Of a DNA stretch of 32,000 bases, positions 1 to 8,484 are shown piece by piece. A model generated the notes under the pieces. The model searched no databases. It was not told the DNA's origin and worked only from the letters and a program-made list of their open reading frames with translations. Numbering within the stretch: the stretch's first letter is position 1; each line of letters starts with the position of its first letter. The translations under genes and the position numbers were made by a program. The DNA is from Candidatus Omnitrophota bacterium (lineage in GTDB: Bacteria > Omnitrophota > Gorgyraeia > Duberdicusellales > 4484-171): the NCBI GenBank assembly GCA_021735045.1, contig JAIPHU010000005.1:30001-62000 (forward strand). The letters run 5' to 3'.

Positions 1-381
1 ATTTTTATGTAATACAATCCCCCCGATAATTTGGACATCAAAATGACGCATTCCTACAGTTCGTCTAGCAGCTTCCCGCACTAAAGCAAAGTAAAAAGGC
101 AAAATCCCATCAAGGATATTTTCTCTTTCTTTAGGTTCAGCTTTATCAGTTAATTTATTTTTTATTAATTTCCTAAACTCTAAGGTCTTTTCTTTAAAAT
201 AAGAATCCGGCTTATTAATTAATTCTGATTCGAAAGAATTAACCTTACTAGTTATCGGAGCCAGATGGGCAACCTCTCTTACCGAAGGAGCAGGTAACTC
301 TTTATTCAACAAAATATTGACCTTTGGTTCTAACTTATTAATTTTTTTCTGCGCCTTTCTAAAAATAAAGCCTCTTAACAT
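1..381 (-). CDS. secA: Preprotein translocase ATPase SecA, N-terminal 127 codons (gene runs off the left edge)
   Basis: My own translation of the minus strand starts at ATG 381-379, preceded by GAGGAG. It reads [13 protein letters not shown]...[40 protein letters not shown]. The segment [25 protein letters not shown] is the conserved SecA N-terminal motor motif. The frame stays open to position 1. Confidence 0.85.
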   Translation of the reverse strand, partial: MLRGFIFRKAQKKINKLEPKVNILLNKELPAPSVREVAHLAPITSKVNSFESELINKPDSYFKEKTLEFRKLIKNKLTDKAEPKERENILDGILPFYFALVREAARRTVGMRHFDVQIIGGIVLHKN

Positions 382-408
382 CTTAATTTTCTCCTCATCT
401 TCTAACTT

Positions 409-1515
409 CTAACTTCTATCTTCCCCACCCTGACTCTTATTTACCCATTTCAGGTACCCCCAAATAAAGTCATCCAGCTGCCCATTTAATACAGCTTCAG
501 CATTATGATTTTCAATACCTGTTCTGTGGTCTTTTACCAAAAGATAGGGATGAAGAATATAAGACCTAATCTGTGAACCCCACTCTATCTTTTGTTTTTT
601 ACCTTTCATCTTATTAAGCTCATCTTGTTTTTCTTCTTCTTTTAGCTCAAACAGCTTAGCTTTTAAAACTTTAAAAGCAGCATGTTTATTCTGGTGCTGA
701 GACCGTTGATTCTGGCAACTTACCACTACCCCTGAAGAAATATGAGTAATCCTTACAGCAGAATCTGTAACGTTAACATGTTGACCACCGGCTCCGGAAG
801 CACGGTAGGTATCTATCCTTACATCCTGCGGTGCAATCTCAATATCTATGTCACCTTCAATCTCCGGAATAACATCAACTGAAGCAAAAGAAGTATGCCT
901 GCGCCGGCTAGAATCAAAAGGAGAAATTCTTACTAGCCTGTGGACCCCTCTTTCTGATTTCAACAACCCATAAACGCGTATTCCTTCAATAAAAAAAGTT
1001 ATACTTTTTATCCCAGCTTCATCCCCTTGAACTTGGTTAACTACCTTTAGATTAAACTTTTTTTCCTCTGCCCAGCGAAAATACATTCTAAACAACATCT
1101 CAGCCCAATCACAAGCTTCTGTGCCACCAGCTCCAGAATTAATTTCAACTATTGCATTAGCTTGATCAAATTTAGCTGAAAAAAGAGTCTTTAACTCCAA
1201 TTTTTTATATTTTTTTTCTACTTTTTTTAATTCTTGATTAATTTCTGGTTCAAGGGAACTATCTCCCATATTAATAAACTCTTCTAGTTCACCCAGCTTA
1301 CTATGCAAGTATTCCCAATCTCCCACATCAGTTTTAAGCCTTTTTAATTTTTTAACCGTTTCAGTTGAAGAATTGTTATTTTGCCAAAAATCTGACTCTG
1401 CCATTTGATTCTGTAGTTCTTTCATCTTTTCTTTTTTCTTTTCTATTGCTAATACCTTTTTTAAGCCAGCAGTACCTTTTTTTAACGTTAAAACTTTGCT
1501 CTTTATATCTTCCAT
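409..1515 (-). CDS. prfB: Peptide chain release factor 2, encoded as one uninterrupted frame
   Basis: 368-aa ORF with the RF2-specific SPF motif (RISPFDSS) and the GGQ motif (SGAGGQHVN). The N-terminal ~25 residues are in the same frame as the rest. Confidence 0.95.
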   Translation of the reverse strand: MEDIKSKVLTLKKGTAGLKKVLAIEKKKEKMKELQNQMAESDFWQNNNSSTETVKKLKRLKTDVGDWEYLHSKLGELEEFINMGDSSLEPEINQELKKVEKKYKKLELKTLFSAKFDQANAIVEINSGAGGTEACDWAEMLFRMYFRWAEEKKFNLKVVNQVQGDEAGIKSITFFIEGIRVYGLLKSERGVHRLVRISPFDSSRRRHTSFASVDVIPEIEGDIDIEIAPQDVRIDTYRASGAGGQHVNVTDSAVRITHISSGVVVSCQNQRSQHQNKHAAFKVLKAKLFELKEEEKQDELNKMKGKKQKIEWGSQIRSYILHPYLLVKDHRTGIENHNAEAVLNGQLDDFIWGYLKWVNKSQGGEDRS

Positions 1516-1541
1516 ATAAATATTATATCGTTTGTTTGGGC

Positions 1542-2609
1542 CTAGATAAGATTTTTATTGCGGAACTCTAACTCTAAATCCTCTCTTTGATCTGAGTATT
1601 CTAAGGCAACTTGACTGGCTATTTCTTTTGATTCAACCAATTCTAGAAGTGACTGATTAAATGTCTTCATCCCGTAAACATCCCCCGAAGCTATATATTT
1701 AGGTATCTCAAAAATTTTATCTTCTCTTATTAATCTGGATATAGAAGGGCTTAAAACCATCGACTCATAAGCAGGTATAAGCCCGCCCTCTTGTTTAGGA
1801 ATTAACCTTTGTGAAACTACACCTTTTAATAAAGTAGAAAGTTGACTAATAATTAAACCATGTTGATGAGGCGGGAAAAAGTTTATAATTCTCTGTATTG
1901 TTGAAGACGCATTTACCGTATGAATTGTAGAAAAAACTAAAACTCCAGTCTCAGCCGCAGTTAAAGCAGCATAACAAGTTTCGGCATCTCTAATATTACC
2001 TATAAAAATCACATCCGGTGAATGAAGAGCAAACTGCTTTAGGGCTTCTTTATAGTTTCTTACGTCTTTGCCTATTTCTCTTTGATTTACAATCGAGCGC
2101 TTATCTTTAAAAGTAAATTCTACCGGCTCCTCTATAGTTAAGATGTGATAACCCAAATTATTATTTATATATTCTAACATAGTGGCAATTGTAGTTGACT
2201 TACCTGAACCAGTTGCTCCGCTTAAAAGCACCATCCCTCTACGCTGCTTAGATAAATTAGTCAGTAACTTAGCAGGCAAGTTTAACTCTTTAAAACTGCT
2301 AAGTTTTAAGTTAATTTTACGGATTACAACCGCTGGAGTATTTCTTTGAAAAAAAACACTTATCCTAAACCGCCAATCTTCTTTATACCAAAAAGTAAAT
2401 TCACAATTTTTCCTCTCTTTTAAATCTTCTTTAGCTTTTAAATCCGGCAGTTTTTCTATTAAACTATCTATTTCTTCTAATTTTATTTTGGTATCCCCTA
2501 TTTGAGTAACTCTGCTGTCTATTCTAGCTTTTAGAGGGCTGCCTGCCCTTATAAATAAATCGGAAGAATTTTTTTCTATCATTATTTCAAATATTTTATC
2601 TATATTCAT
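1542..2609 (-). CDS. pilT: Type IV pilus retraction ATPase, PilT/PilU family
   Basis: 355 aa with Walker A GATGSGKSTT and PilT-like overall sequence (LTIEEPVEF, FSTIHT). AAGGAG lies upstream of the ATG. Confidence 0.85.
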   Translation of the reverse strand: MNIDKIFEIMIEKNSSDLFIRAGSPLKARIDSRVTQIGDTKIKLEEIDSLIEKLPDLKAKEDLKERKNCEFTFWYKEDWRFRISVFFQRNTPAVVIRKINLKLSSFKELNLPAKLLTNLSKQRRGMVLLSGATGSGKSTTIATMLEYINNNLGYHILTIEEPVEFTFKDKRSIVNQREIGKDVRNYKEALKQFALHSPDVIFIGNIRDAETCYAALTAAETGVLVFSTIHTVNASSTIQRIINFFPPHQHGLIISQLSTLLKGVVSQRLIPKQEGGLIPAYESMVLSPSISRLIREDKIFEIPKYIASGDVYGMKTFNQSLLELVESKEIASQVALEYSDQREDLELEFRNKNLI

Positions 2610-2637
2610 AAAACTACTCCTTTATCTGTTGTTTTTT

Positions 2638-2658
2638 GGGCGAGGACAAGCCTCGCCC
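2638..2658. other. GC-rich stem-loop between uvrC and pilT
   Basis: GGGCGAGG (2638-2645) pairs with CCTCGCCC (2651-2658) around a 5-nt loop. A T6 run sits on the plus-strand 5' side, so neither strand has a canonical U-tract after the stem. Confidence 0.4.
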
Positions 2659-2793
2659 CTACATTATTACTTCTGACATTTTATCACATCTTTTATCTCT
2701 TTCTCAAATTTTATTAACTTTTTCTTTATTCAAAATTTTCTTTTCCAAACTTAGCCATACCATGAAATCGATAAACTTGTTGGCCTTTTGCCC

Positions 2794-4023
2794 TTATTTT
2801 TTATATCTTTTCTTCCGGCGAATAAGATGATAAGCATGAGCAAACCGATGTGCTTCATCTCTGATTCTTTGCAATAACTGCAAACCAGGATTATCTTTGT
2901 TGAAAACTTTGGGCTTATTTTTATCAGGCAACCAAACTTCCTCATTACGTTTAGCTAAACCAATTAAACTAATATTTAACCCTAATCCGTTTAAAACTTC
3001 TTCTCCAGCCGTCACTTGCCCTTTGCCCCCATCGATTAAAATTAAATCCGGTAACTGTTTTTTTTCTCTTCTAAGACGTGAGTACCTTCTTAAAACAACT
3101 TCTTGAATCCTTTTATAATCATCGATACTTTCTACATCTTTTATCAAAAAACGGCGATAGCTACTCTTATCGGCTGTAGCATCTCTAAAAACCACAACTG
3201 AACCGGTAGCATCATTTTTTCCTAAAGCAGAAATATCAATAGCCTCAATTAATAAAGGCAACCTAGTTAACCCCAGGCTTCTTTTTAAAACCAGTAATTC
3301 GTGTAACCGGGGTTTCCCTTTATAGATATTTTCAATGGCATAAATTTTATCTCTAATCTTACTGGCTCGTTCGAATCTTTCTAAAGAAGATAACTTTTCC
3401 ATTTTCTTTTTATAAACAGATATCAGCTCAGGCCTTTTTCCTTTTAATATTTTTTTTATAGCTTTAATGTTTTCGTTATAGCTTACTGCAGTAATTTTCT
3501 GGGCACATGGCCCCGGGCATAGCCCCAGATAATAATACAGACAAAGGCTCTTTTTCTTTTTTTTAGAATGGCAAGAACAAAAAGGAAATATTTTTCGAAT
3601 TAACTTTAAAGCCTTTTTAAGTGAGCCTGTGTCTGTATAAGGCCCAAAATAATAACTATTTTTTTTATTTTTTGGCCGTGAAATAAAAACACGTGGATAC
3701 TTTTCTTTGGTAATTTCTATATAAGGATAGCTTTTGCTGTCTTTTAAAGAAATATTATATTTTGGCTTCTTTTCTTTAATTAAAGCAGCTTCTAAAATCA
3801 AGGCTTGCTGAGGACTTTCGCATCTTAGGTAATCGATATCTTTTACTTTTTCAATCAACATCCTGTTTTTACCTAAAAGTTTTGAATTAAAGTAGGATGC
3901 TACCCTTTTTTTTAAAGAAGTCGCCTTACCCACATACAAAATACTACCTTTTGCCGATTTCATAATATAGACGCCGGGGGCATCAGGCAGATTTTTTATT
4001 TTTTCTTTAATAGCCATCGCCAA
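2794..4023 (-). CDS. uvrC: Excinuclease ABC subunit C, short form without the C-terminal (HhH)2 domain
   Basis: Has the GIY-YIG N-terminus (GVYIMKSAKGSILYVGKA), a UVR-like helix (FERASKIRDKIYAIENI) and the C-terminal endonuclease motif LILIDGGKGQV...DEAHRFA. The ORF stops right after HLIRRKKRYKK. The track start at 4023 is TTG, and ATG at 4017 is the more likely start. Confidence 0.85.
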   Translation of the reverse strand: MAMAIKEKIKNLPDAPGVYIMKSAKGSILYVGKATSLKKRVASYFNSKLLGKNRMLIEKVKDIDYLRCESPQQALILEAALIKEKKPKYNISLKDSKSYPYIEITKEKYPRVFISRPKNKKNSYYFGPYTDTGSLKKALKLIRKIFPFCSCHSKKKKKSLCLYYYLGLCPGPCAQKITAVSYNENIKAIKKILKGKRPELISVYKKKMEKLSSLERFERASKIRDKIYAIENIYKGKPRLHELLVLKRSLGLTRLPLLIEAIDISALGKNDATGSVVVFRDATADKSSYRRFLIKDVESIDDYKRIQEVVLRRYSRLRREKKQLPDLILIDGGKGQVTAGEEVLNGLGLNISLIGLAKRNEEVWLPDKNKPKVFNKDNPGLQLLQRIRDEAHRFAHAYHLIRRKKRYKK

Positions 4024-5531
4024 AATAAATTAACTTGTTTTATCTTTAAAAAATATCCTCCTAAAAGAAAAATCACAAAACCAATACCGGCTACAACTGC
4101 AATTTTTATATATTTATTGTATGAAAATATTTGCCAAATAACCCAAGATGTTAATCCATGAATTAAACTTAAAGTTAAAACTTTAACAAAATAAATTTTA
4201 GTATCTTGCCAAGGAATAGCCCCAATTTTTTCTTTTAACAGATGAAAAAGTAAGAAAAAATTAAATATAGCAGCTAAACTGCTACCTAAAGCTACTCCCC
4301 CAACCCCTAAGGGAAATATTAATATTCCGCTTAATACCACATTAACCAAAAGAGCCAAACCAGCACTTTTTGCCGGAGTTTTGGTATCAGCTAAAGCATA
4401 AAAAGAGTTAACCATCAACTTTATACCGCAAAAAAATAACAAACCAAAAGAATAGAAAAAAAGTACTGAGGCAGTAATATTTAAAGAATACAGATCAAAC
4501 TCACCTCTCCCAAAAATAACATTAATTATACCGCGAGGCAGAAAAAGAAAAATTAACGAAATTGGTAAAACAAAAAAGATAACATTTTGAAAAGAAAAAA
4601 CTAAAAGTTCTTTAAACTTATTCATGTCTTTTTCTTTATGATAAAAAGATAAATCTACCATGACCACCCGCGAAAGTGACAAGATAACGATTGCAAAAGG
4701 AAATTGAATTAAACGATTGGCATAATAAATAGAAGCTAAAGCCCCCTGGCCAACGATAAAGGTAAGTGAAGAAAATATAGTATCAACAAGAACACTTAAA
4801 TGATAGATAAGACTTGAAAACAACCGGCCGACAAAAAGTTTAAACATTTTAATAATTTGGCTATTGCCTAAAGCTTTAATTAAATTAAATTTAAGCCTAA
4901 AGCCTTGTCGATATAGAGCAAAAAAAGAAACCAACAACTGGCAAACTCCACCGGCTAATACAGAAAAAACTAATACTTTTACCCCAAAAGCCCTGCCAAA
5001 AAATAAAATACCGCCAATAAAACAAAGATTTAGAAAAACCGGAGAGATGGCAGGAATAAAAAATTTTTTATAAGCATAAAGTATAGATGTAAAATTTGAA
5101 GTTAAACCGATCAAAAACAGATAAAAGAAAGTAATTTGGCTAAAAGATACTGCTAAATTAAATTTATAGCTTTGAGTTATAAACCCCGGAGCAACCAAGA
5201 TTACAAAATATTTTGCAAAAATAATACCAATCAAAGTAAATAACAAAAGAAAGAAACTTAATACACAGATTAAATCTTGCCCAATCCCTATTATTTTTTC
5301 TTTATCTTTACGGTATGAAGAAAGCACCGGCGTTGCTACCGAGTCAGAAAACCCTTCGGCAAAAATAGTTCTAAAAATATTCGGAATCCGAAAAGCTACT
5401 AAAAATGCTTCTAACCCAGCTGAGGTACCAAAAAAACTCGCAATCAAAACATCTCGAATAAATCCAAAAATACGAGACAACAAAGTTCCGGACCCCATTA
5501 AGGTGGTATTTTTTGCTATTTGTTTAAACAT
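3996..5531 (-). CDS. murJ: Lipid II flippase MurJ/MviN
   Basis: 511-aa polytopic membrane protein with the MviN N-terminal signature (SGTLLSRIFGFIRDVLIASFFG...AFRIPNIFRTIFAEG). Confidence 0.9.
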   Translation of the reverse strand: MFKQIAKNTTLMGSGTLLSRIFGFIRDVLIASFFGTSAGLEAFLVAFRIPNIFRTIFAEGFSDSVATPVLSSYRKDKEKIIGIGQDLICVLSFFLLLFTLIGIIFAKYFVILVAPGFITQSYKFNLAVSFSQITFFYLFLIGLTSNFTSILYAYKKFFIPAISPVFLNLCFIGGILFFGRAFGVKVLVFSVLAGGVCQLLVSFFALYRQGFRLKFNLIKALGNSQIIKMFKLFVGRLFSSLIYHLSVLVDTIFSSLTFIVGQGALASIYYANRLIQFPFAIVILSLSRVVMVDLSFYHKEKDMNKFKELLVFSFQNVIFFVLPISLIFLFLPRGIINVIFGRGEFDLYSLNITASVLFFYSFGLLFFCGIKLMVNSFYALADTKTPAKSAGLALLVNVVLSGILIFPLGVGGVALGSSLAAIFNFFLLFHLLKEKIGAIPWQDTKIYFVKVLTLSLIHGLTSWVIWQIFSYNKYIKIAVVAGIGFVIFLLGGYFLKIKQVNLFWRWLLKKK

Positions 5532-5551
5532 TTTCTTTTCTTAAAAAATAC

Positions 5552-5580
5552 TTGACAGTTTAAGCCAATTTCTATACAAT
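5552..5580 (+). promoter_or_regulatory. Sigma70-type promoter for rpsT
   Basis: TTGACA (5552-5557), 17-nt spacer, TACAAT (5575-5580). AAGGGGG lies before ATG 5606. Confidence 0.5.
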
Positions 5581-5605
5581 CTTTTCACTTAACAAAGGGG
5601 GAATT

Positions 5606-5863
5606 ATGCCACAAAGAAGAGCAGCAGAAAAAGCGCTTAGACAAAACGAACGAAAACGAAAAAGAAATCGCAAGATTAAACAAGAAGTTAAATCTACCTT
5701 GAAATCTTTTCGAAAATCTTTAGAAAAAAAAGATTCTGACAGCAGTAAAAAGAATCTCCAAAAAGTTTACAAGGCATTAGATAAGGCCGCTTCTAAAAAA
5801 ATAATCCATCCTAATAAAGCAGCCCGGAAGAAAGCCCGCTTAGCTCGTTCTCTAAGCAAATAA
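5606..5863 (+). CDS. rpsT: 30S ribosomal protein S20
   Basis: 85-aa very basic protein. MPQRRAAEKALRQNERKRKRNR... matches the S20 N-terminus. Confidence 0.9.
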   Translation: MPQRRAAEKALRQNERKRKRNRKIKQEVKSTLKSFRKSLEKKDSDSSKKNLQKVYKALDKAASKKIIHPNKAARKKARLARSLSK

Positions 5864-6538
5864 TTTAATCAAAAGCCTTTCCATCAAAAGACGAATATCG
5901 GTATTACTTTGTTTTAAAGCCCTATCTGCCTGCCAAAGCTGATCAAAGGCTTTTTCTTTTTTTCTTGAACTATTAATATATGAAAACTTAGCTGTAACTA
6001 AACCTAAAATTTGGGTAGCAACTGCCTTACCTTTAGTTTTTGAACCCAATAATTCCTCAAGGATAAATAAACAAGATTTAAGGTCATTTCTATATAGCTG
6101 TTTGCGAAAATCATCTATACTAAGCTCAGCTGGATAAACTTTACCTTCATGCCTTATGCTTTTTTCTAAAACATAACTAAAAAAAACATCAGAAATTATT
6201 TTTTTCTTTTTTTTCAAAGAAAAATAAGGTATCTCTGACTCAAAAATTATATAATTATAATCGAATATTTTTTGAATATTTGCAAATAAAAATTCTCTTG
6301 CCGGTTTAGCTAAACTGATAAAATTTTTAATTAAGATTACTTTCTTTTTTTGGAAAGATAAAGTAAAAACTAAATCTTTAAAAGAATCTAAATTTAGATC
6401 CCCTGCATATAGAGTCACTGCCCTAAGGGCAGAGCCCTCATTTTTAAATATATCTCTTTTAATGTTATTTATAATTTTTCGGCGCTGGAAAGGTTTACCG
6501 CCACTTACAAGATATGCCTTAGATTTTGCCCCTACCAT
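5852..6538 (-). CDS. holA: DNA polymerase III delta subunit-like protein (short, 228 aa)
   Basis: The sequence resemblance to HolA is weak. The position directly downstream of the lptE-like gene matches the leuS-lptE-holA order known from E. coli. It is about 100 aa shorter than typical HolA. Confidence 0.5.
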   Translation of the reverse strand: MVGAKSKAYLVSGGKPFQRRKIINNIKRDIFKNEGSALRAVTLYAGDLNLDSFKDLVFTLSFQKKKVILIKNFISLAKPAREFLFANIQKIFDYNYIIFESEIPYFSLKKKKKIISDVFFSYVLEKSIRHEGKVYPAELSIDDFRKQLYRNDLKSCLFILEELLGSKTKGKAVATQILGLVTAKFSYINSSRKKEKAFDQLWQADRALKQSNTDIRLLMERLLIKLFA

Positions 6539-7083
6539 GTCTCAACAACTGCTTCAGTTATCCTGCGCGCTGTATCATCAATCAATTCAGCTTGAGTAGC
6601 TACTTCACTTTTTTTATCTAAGAAAAAGCTTGCTTGACCAACAATACTTTTATCTTGAATAATATCTCCCTTGGAACTAATCAACTTCATTTTTACATGT
6701 AAGCGCAACCTTTGTTCTTCAGGATCATCACTATCTGTATATCTAAGAGTTTGGCGCTTATAGTCGGTCACTTGGCATTCCAGTTTAAGTGCGCCTTCAG
6801 GCTCACTTACAACATTTAAGCCACTTTGGATGTTAAACTCTGAAACTAATTTATTAGTCAATCTATCTTCAATTAACCTCGGATAAACTGTATAGCCAGA
6901 ATATTTTCTATCTTCTGAAGTTATATTTATCTTATTAATAACCGGTTTAATCCTGATTCTATTTTCCTTATACTTATAACCTTTAGTTGAATATCCACAA
7001 CCAGCTAGAGTCATTAGAAAAACTAATAATAGCTTATAAATTATTGCCAACTTTTTATTTGTAGTAAGAATTAATTTTAACAT
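6532..7083 (-). CDS. lptE: LptE-like outer-membrane lipoprotein
   Basis: Signal peptide with lipobox LAGC followed by GY, comparable to the L(S/A)xCGF start of LptE. Size of 183 aa and position upstream of the holA-like gene also fit. Confidence 0.55.
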   Translation of the reverse strand: MLKLILTTNKKLAIIYKLLLVFLMTLAGCGYSTKGYKYKENRIRIKPVINKINITSEDRKYSGYTVYPRLIEDRLTNKLVSEFNIQSGLNVVSEPEGALKLECQVTDYKRQTLRYTDSDDPEEQRLRLHVKMKLISSKGDIIQDKSIVGQASFFLDKKSEVATQAELIDDTARRITEAVVETW

Positions 7084-7087
7084 AGGC

Positions 7088-8038
7088 TCATTTGGATTTT
7101 GATAAACCGCCTAACTCTTTAAGTACCTGTTTAGCCTTCTGATAGTAAGGGGTGTCTGGATATTTATTGATTATTTTTTCTAAGTAAATCTTTGCACTTT
7201 GAGGCTTTTTTTGTTTTTTATAGAATAAAGCAATCTCAAATACTTTCTTAGCTTCTTTACTGCGAAGTTTAGCCAACTGGCCCTTTGCTTTTTTAGATAT
7301 CTTTGCCTCAGGATGTTCTTTTATAAACTCATCCAGCCTTTGGGTCGCTTTCTTAAGATAAGATGCATCATAGTCAGCCCCCGGAAAAGCTTGAGCTGTC
7401 GCCAAAGCCAGCTGATATTTTGCCGGAGTCGCCCAGCGACTATCTGGGTAATCATCGATAACTTTCTGAAAAGCTTCCCGTGCTTCTTTAAAACGACTTA
7501 GTTGAAGAAAAATTACTCCTAGTTTATATTGAGCTCGAGAAGCATACTCCGAATAAGGAGTTTCTTCAACAATACTTTGAAATATTTGAACCGAAGGATG
7601 ATTAACAAAGTCATATATTGAAATACCCAGCAACTTTTTATTTTCTCGATTTAAAAAGTATTCTCCAATATTATATTCTCTTTCTACAATCTCATTAATT
7701 CGTTTGCTATTAGGATAACTCTGGATTACTTTTTTAAAAGCAAGATAAGCTTCATATGGTTTATCAAGTTCTTCTAAGGTCCTACCTAAATAATACTGAG
7801 CTTCCGGACCCTCTTTAGAGTCAGGATAATTAACAAGAAGCTTTTTAAACTCTTTATAAGCCCTTTTAAACTCTCCTTTCTTAAAATACTTAATGGCTTC
7901 TTTATATTGAAGGGTTGGAGTAGCAAGGGCAGAATATTCAGGATTCTTCCATTTTTGAGTCTTCGGTGACCAAATCCAAAATGGATAAGCGTCAAAGCAA
8001 ATACAAGTAAATATTACCAAAAGAATCAATCTAATCAT
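7088..8038 (-). CDS. bamD: TPR-repeat outer-membrane assembly lipoprotein, BamD/YfiO-like
   Basis: 316 aa with an N-terminal hydrophobic segment containing Cys. It has repeated TPR-like units ending in YPDS/YPNS/YPDT, as in BamD family proteins. A YbgF/CpoB-like TPR protein cannot be excluded. Confidence 0.5.
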   Translation of the reverse strand: MIRLILLVIFTCICFDAYPFWIWSPKTQKWKNPEYSALATPTLQYKEAIKYFKKGEFKRAYKEFKKLLVNYPDSKEGPEAQYYLGRTLEELDKPYEAYLAFKKVIQSYPNSKRINEIVEREYNIGEYFLNRENKKLLGISIYDFVNHPSVQIFQSIVEETPYSEYASRAQYKLGVIFLQLSRFKEAREAFQKVIDDYPDSRWATPAKYQLALATAQAFPGADYDASYLKKATQRLDEFIKEHPEAKISKKAKGQLAKLRSKEAKKVFEIALFYKKQKKPQSAKIYLEKIINKYPDTPYYQKAKQVLKELGGLSKSK

Positions 8039-8044
8039 AAAGAA

Positions 8045-8073
8045 AATATATCAGAACCTCTTCTCTTTGTCAA
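8045..8073 (-). promoter_or_regulatory. Sigma70-type promoter ending 6 nt before the bamD-like ATG
   Basis: On the minus strand: TTGACA (8073-8068), 17-nt spacer, TATATT (8050-8045), then TTCTTT and ATG (8038). There is no Shine-Dalgarno sequence. Confidence 0.45.
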
Positions 8074-8082
8074 TCTATATGC

Positions 8083-8116
8083 AAAAACCAAAAAATTCCC
8101 ACCGCGGAGGTGGGAA
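8083..8116 (-). terminator. Rho-independent terminator downstream of yoeB
   Basis: The minus strand reads TTCCCACC-TCCGC-GGTGGGAA followed by TTTTTTGGTTTTT. Confidence 0.65.
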
Positions 8117-8133
8117 ATGGTTATTATTCTTAA

Positions 8134-8195
8134 CATTCGAATTAAGCGGCCCGCCTCGACAGCCGAAGGCTGGCGGGCGAGGTCTCGCTCGAATG
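8134..8195. other. GC-rich nested hairpin element (62 nt) between the yoeB stop and its terminator
   Basis: Outer stem CATTCGA (8134-8140) pairs with TCGAATG (8189-8195). Middle stem GCCCGCC (8149-8155) pairs with GGCGGGC (8172-8178). Inner stem CAGCC-GAA-GGCTG spans 8160-8172. The middle and inner stems share position 8172, so the exact register is ambiguous. Its GC content is far above the surroundings. Confidence 0.5.
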
Positions 8196-8220
8196 AGTTA
8201 TCAGACATTTTTATCTAAAT

Positions 8221-8484
8221 CTATTCATAATGCGTCCATAATCGAATAATTTTTATGGTTTTGTATTTTTTTATAATTTGGTAAACTACACGATGCTGAA
8301 TATTTATTCTTCGGGAATAAGCCCCTTCCAAGTCCCCTATTAATTTTTCAAAAGGTGGGTGTTTTTGGTAAGGATCTTTTTCTAAAATTTCAAGAATAGC
8401 TTCTGCTTTTGAGCGTAGCCCTGCAGCGGAAAGTTTTTTGGCATCTTTTTGCGCTTGCTTAGTATAGACGAGTTTCCAGCTCAC
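8221..8484 (-). CDS. yoeB: YoeB/Txe family toxin (ribosome-dependent mRNA interferase)
   Basis: 87 aa. SRRINIQHRVVYQI...IRLWTHYE matches the YoeB C-terminal catalytic region. The GTG start overlaps the antitoxin TGA stop (GTGA). Confidence 0.85.
   Translation of the reverse strand: MSWKLVYTKQAQKDAKKLSAAGLRSKAEAILEILEKDPYQKHPPFEKLIGDLEGAYSRRINIQHRVVYQIIKKYKTIKIIRLWTHYE

Noticed and set aside
398-418. TTCTAAC tandem (~2.7 units) between the prfB stop and the secA SD
   Set aside because: It is very short and overlaps the prfB 3' end, including its stop codon. Slippage-type low complexity explains it, and it has no further structure.
2636-2945. Two 64-aa ORFs (2636-2830 plus strand, 2751-2945 minus strand) in and beside the uvrC-pilT spacer. 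I also searched this region for a detached UvrC HhH remnant.
   Set aside because: No frame downstream of uvrC shows a GIG or HhH-like sequence. The ORFs overlap uvrC or the hairpin and lack SDs.
8067-8249. 60-aa plus-strand ORF with a TTG start
   Set aside because: It is composed of the terminator hairpin and the GC-rich nested hairpin. Its Gly/Arg/Pro-rich product is a by-product of the GC-rich structure.
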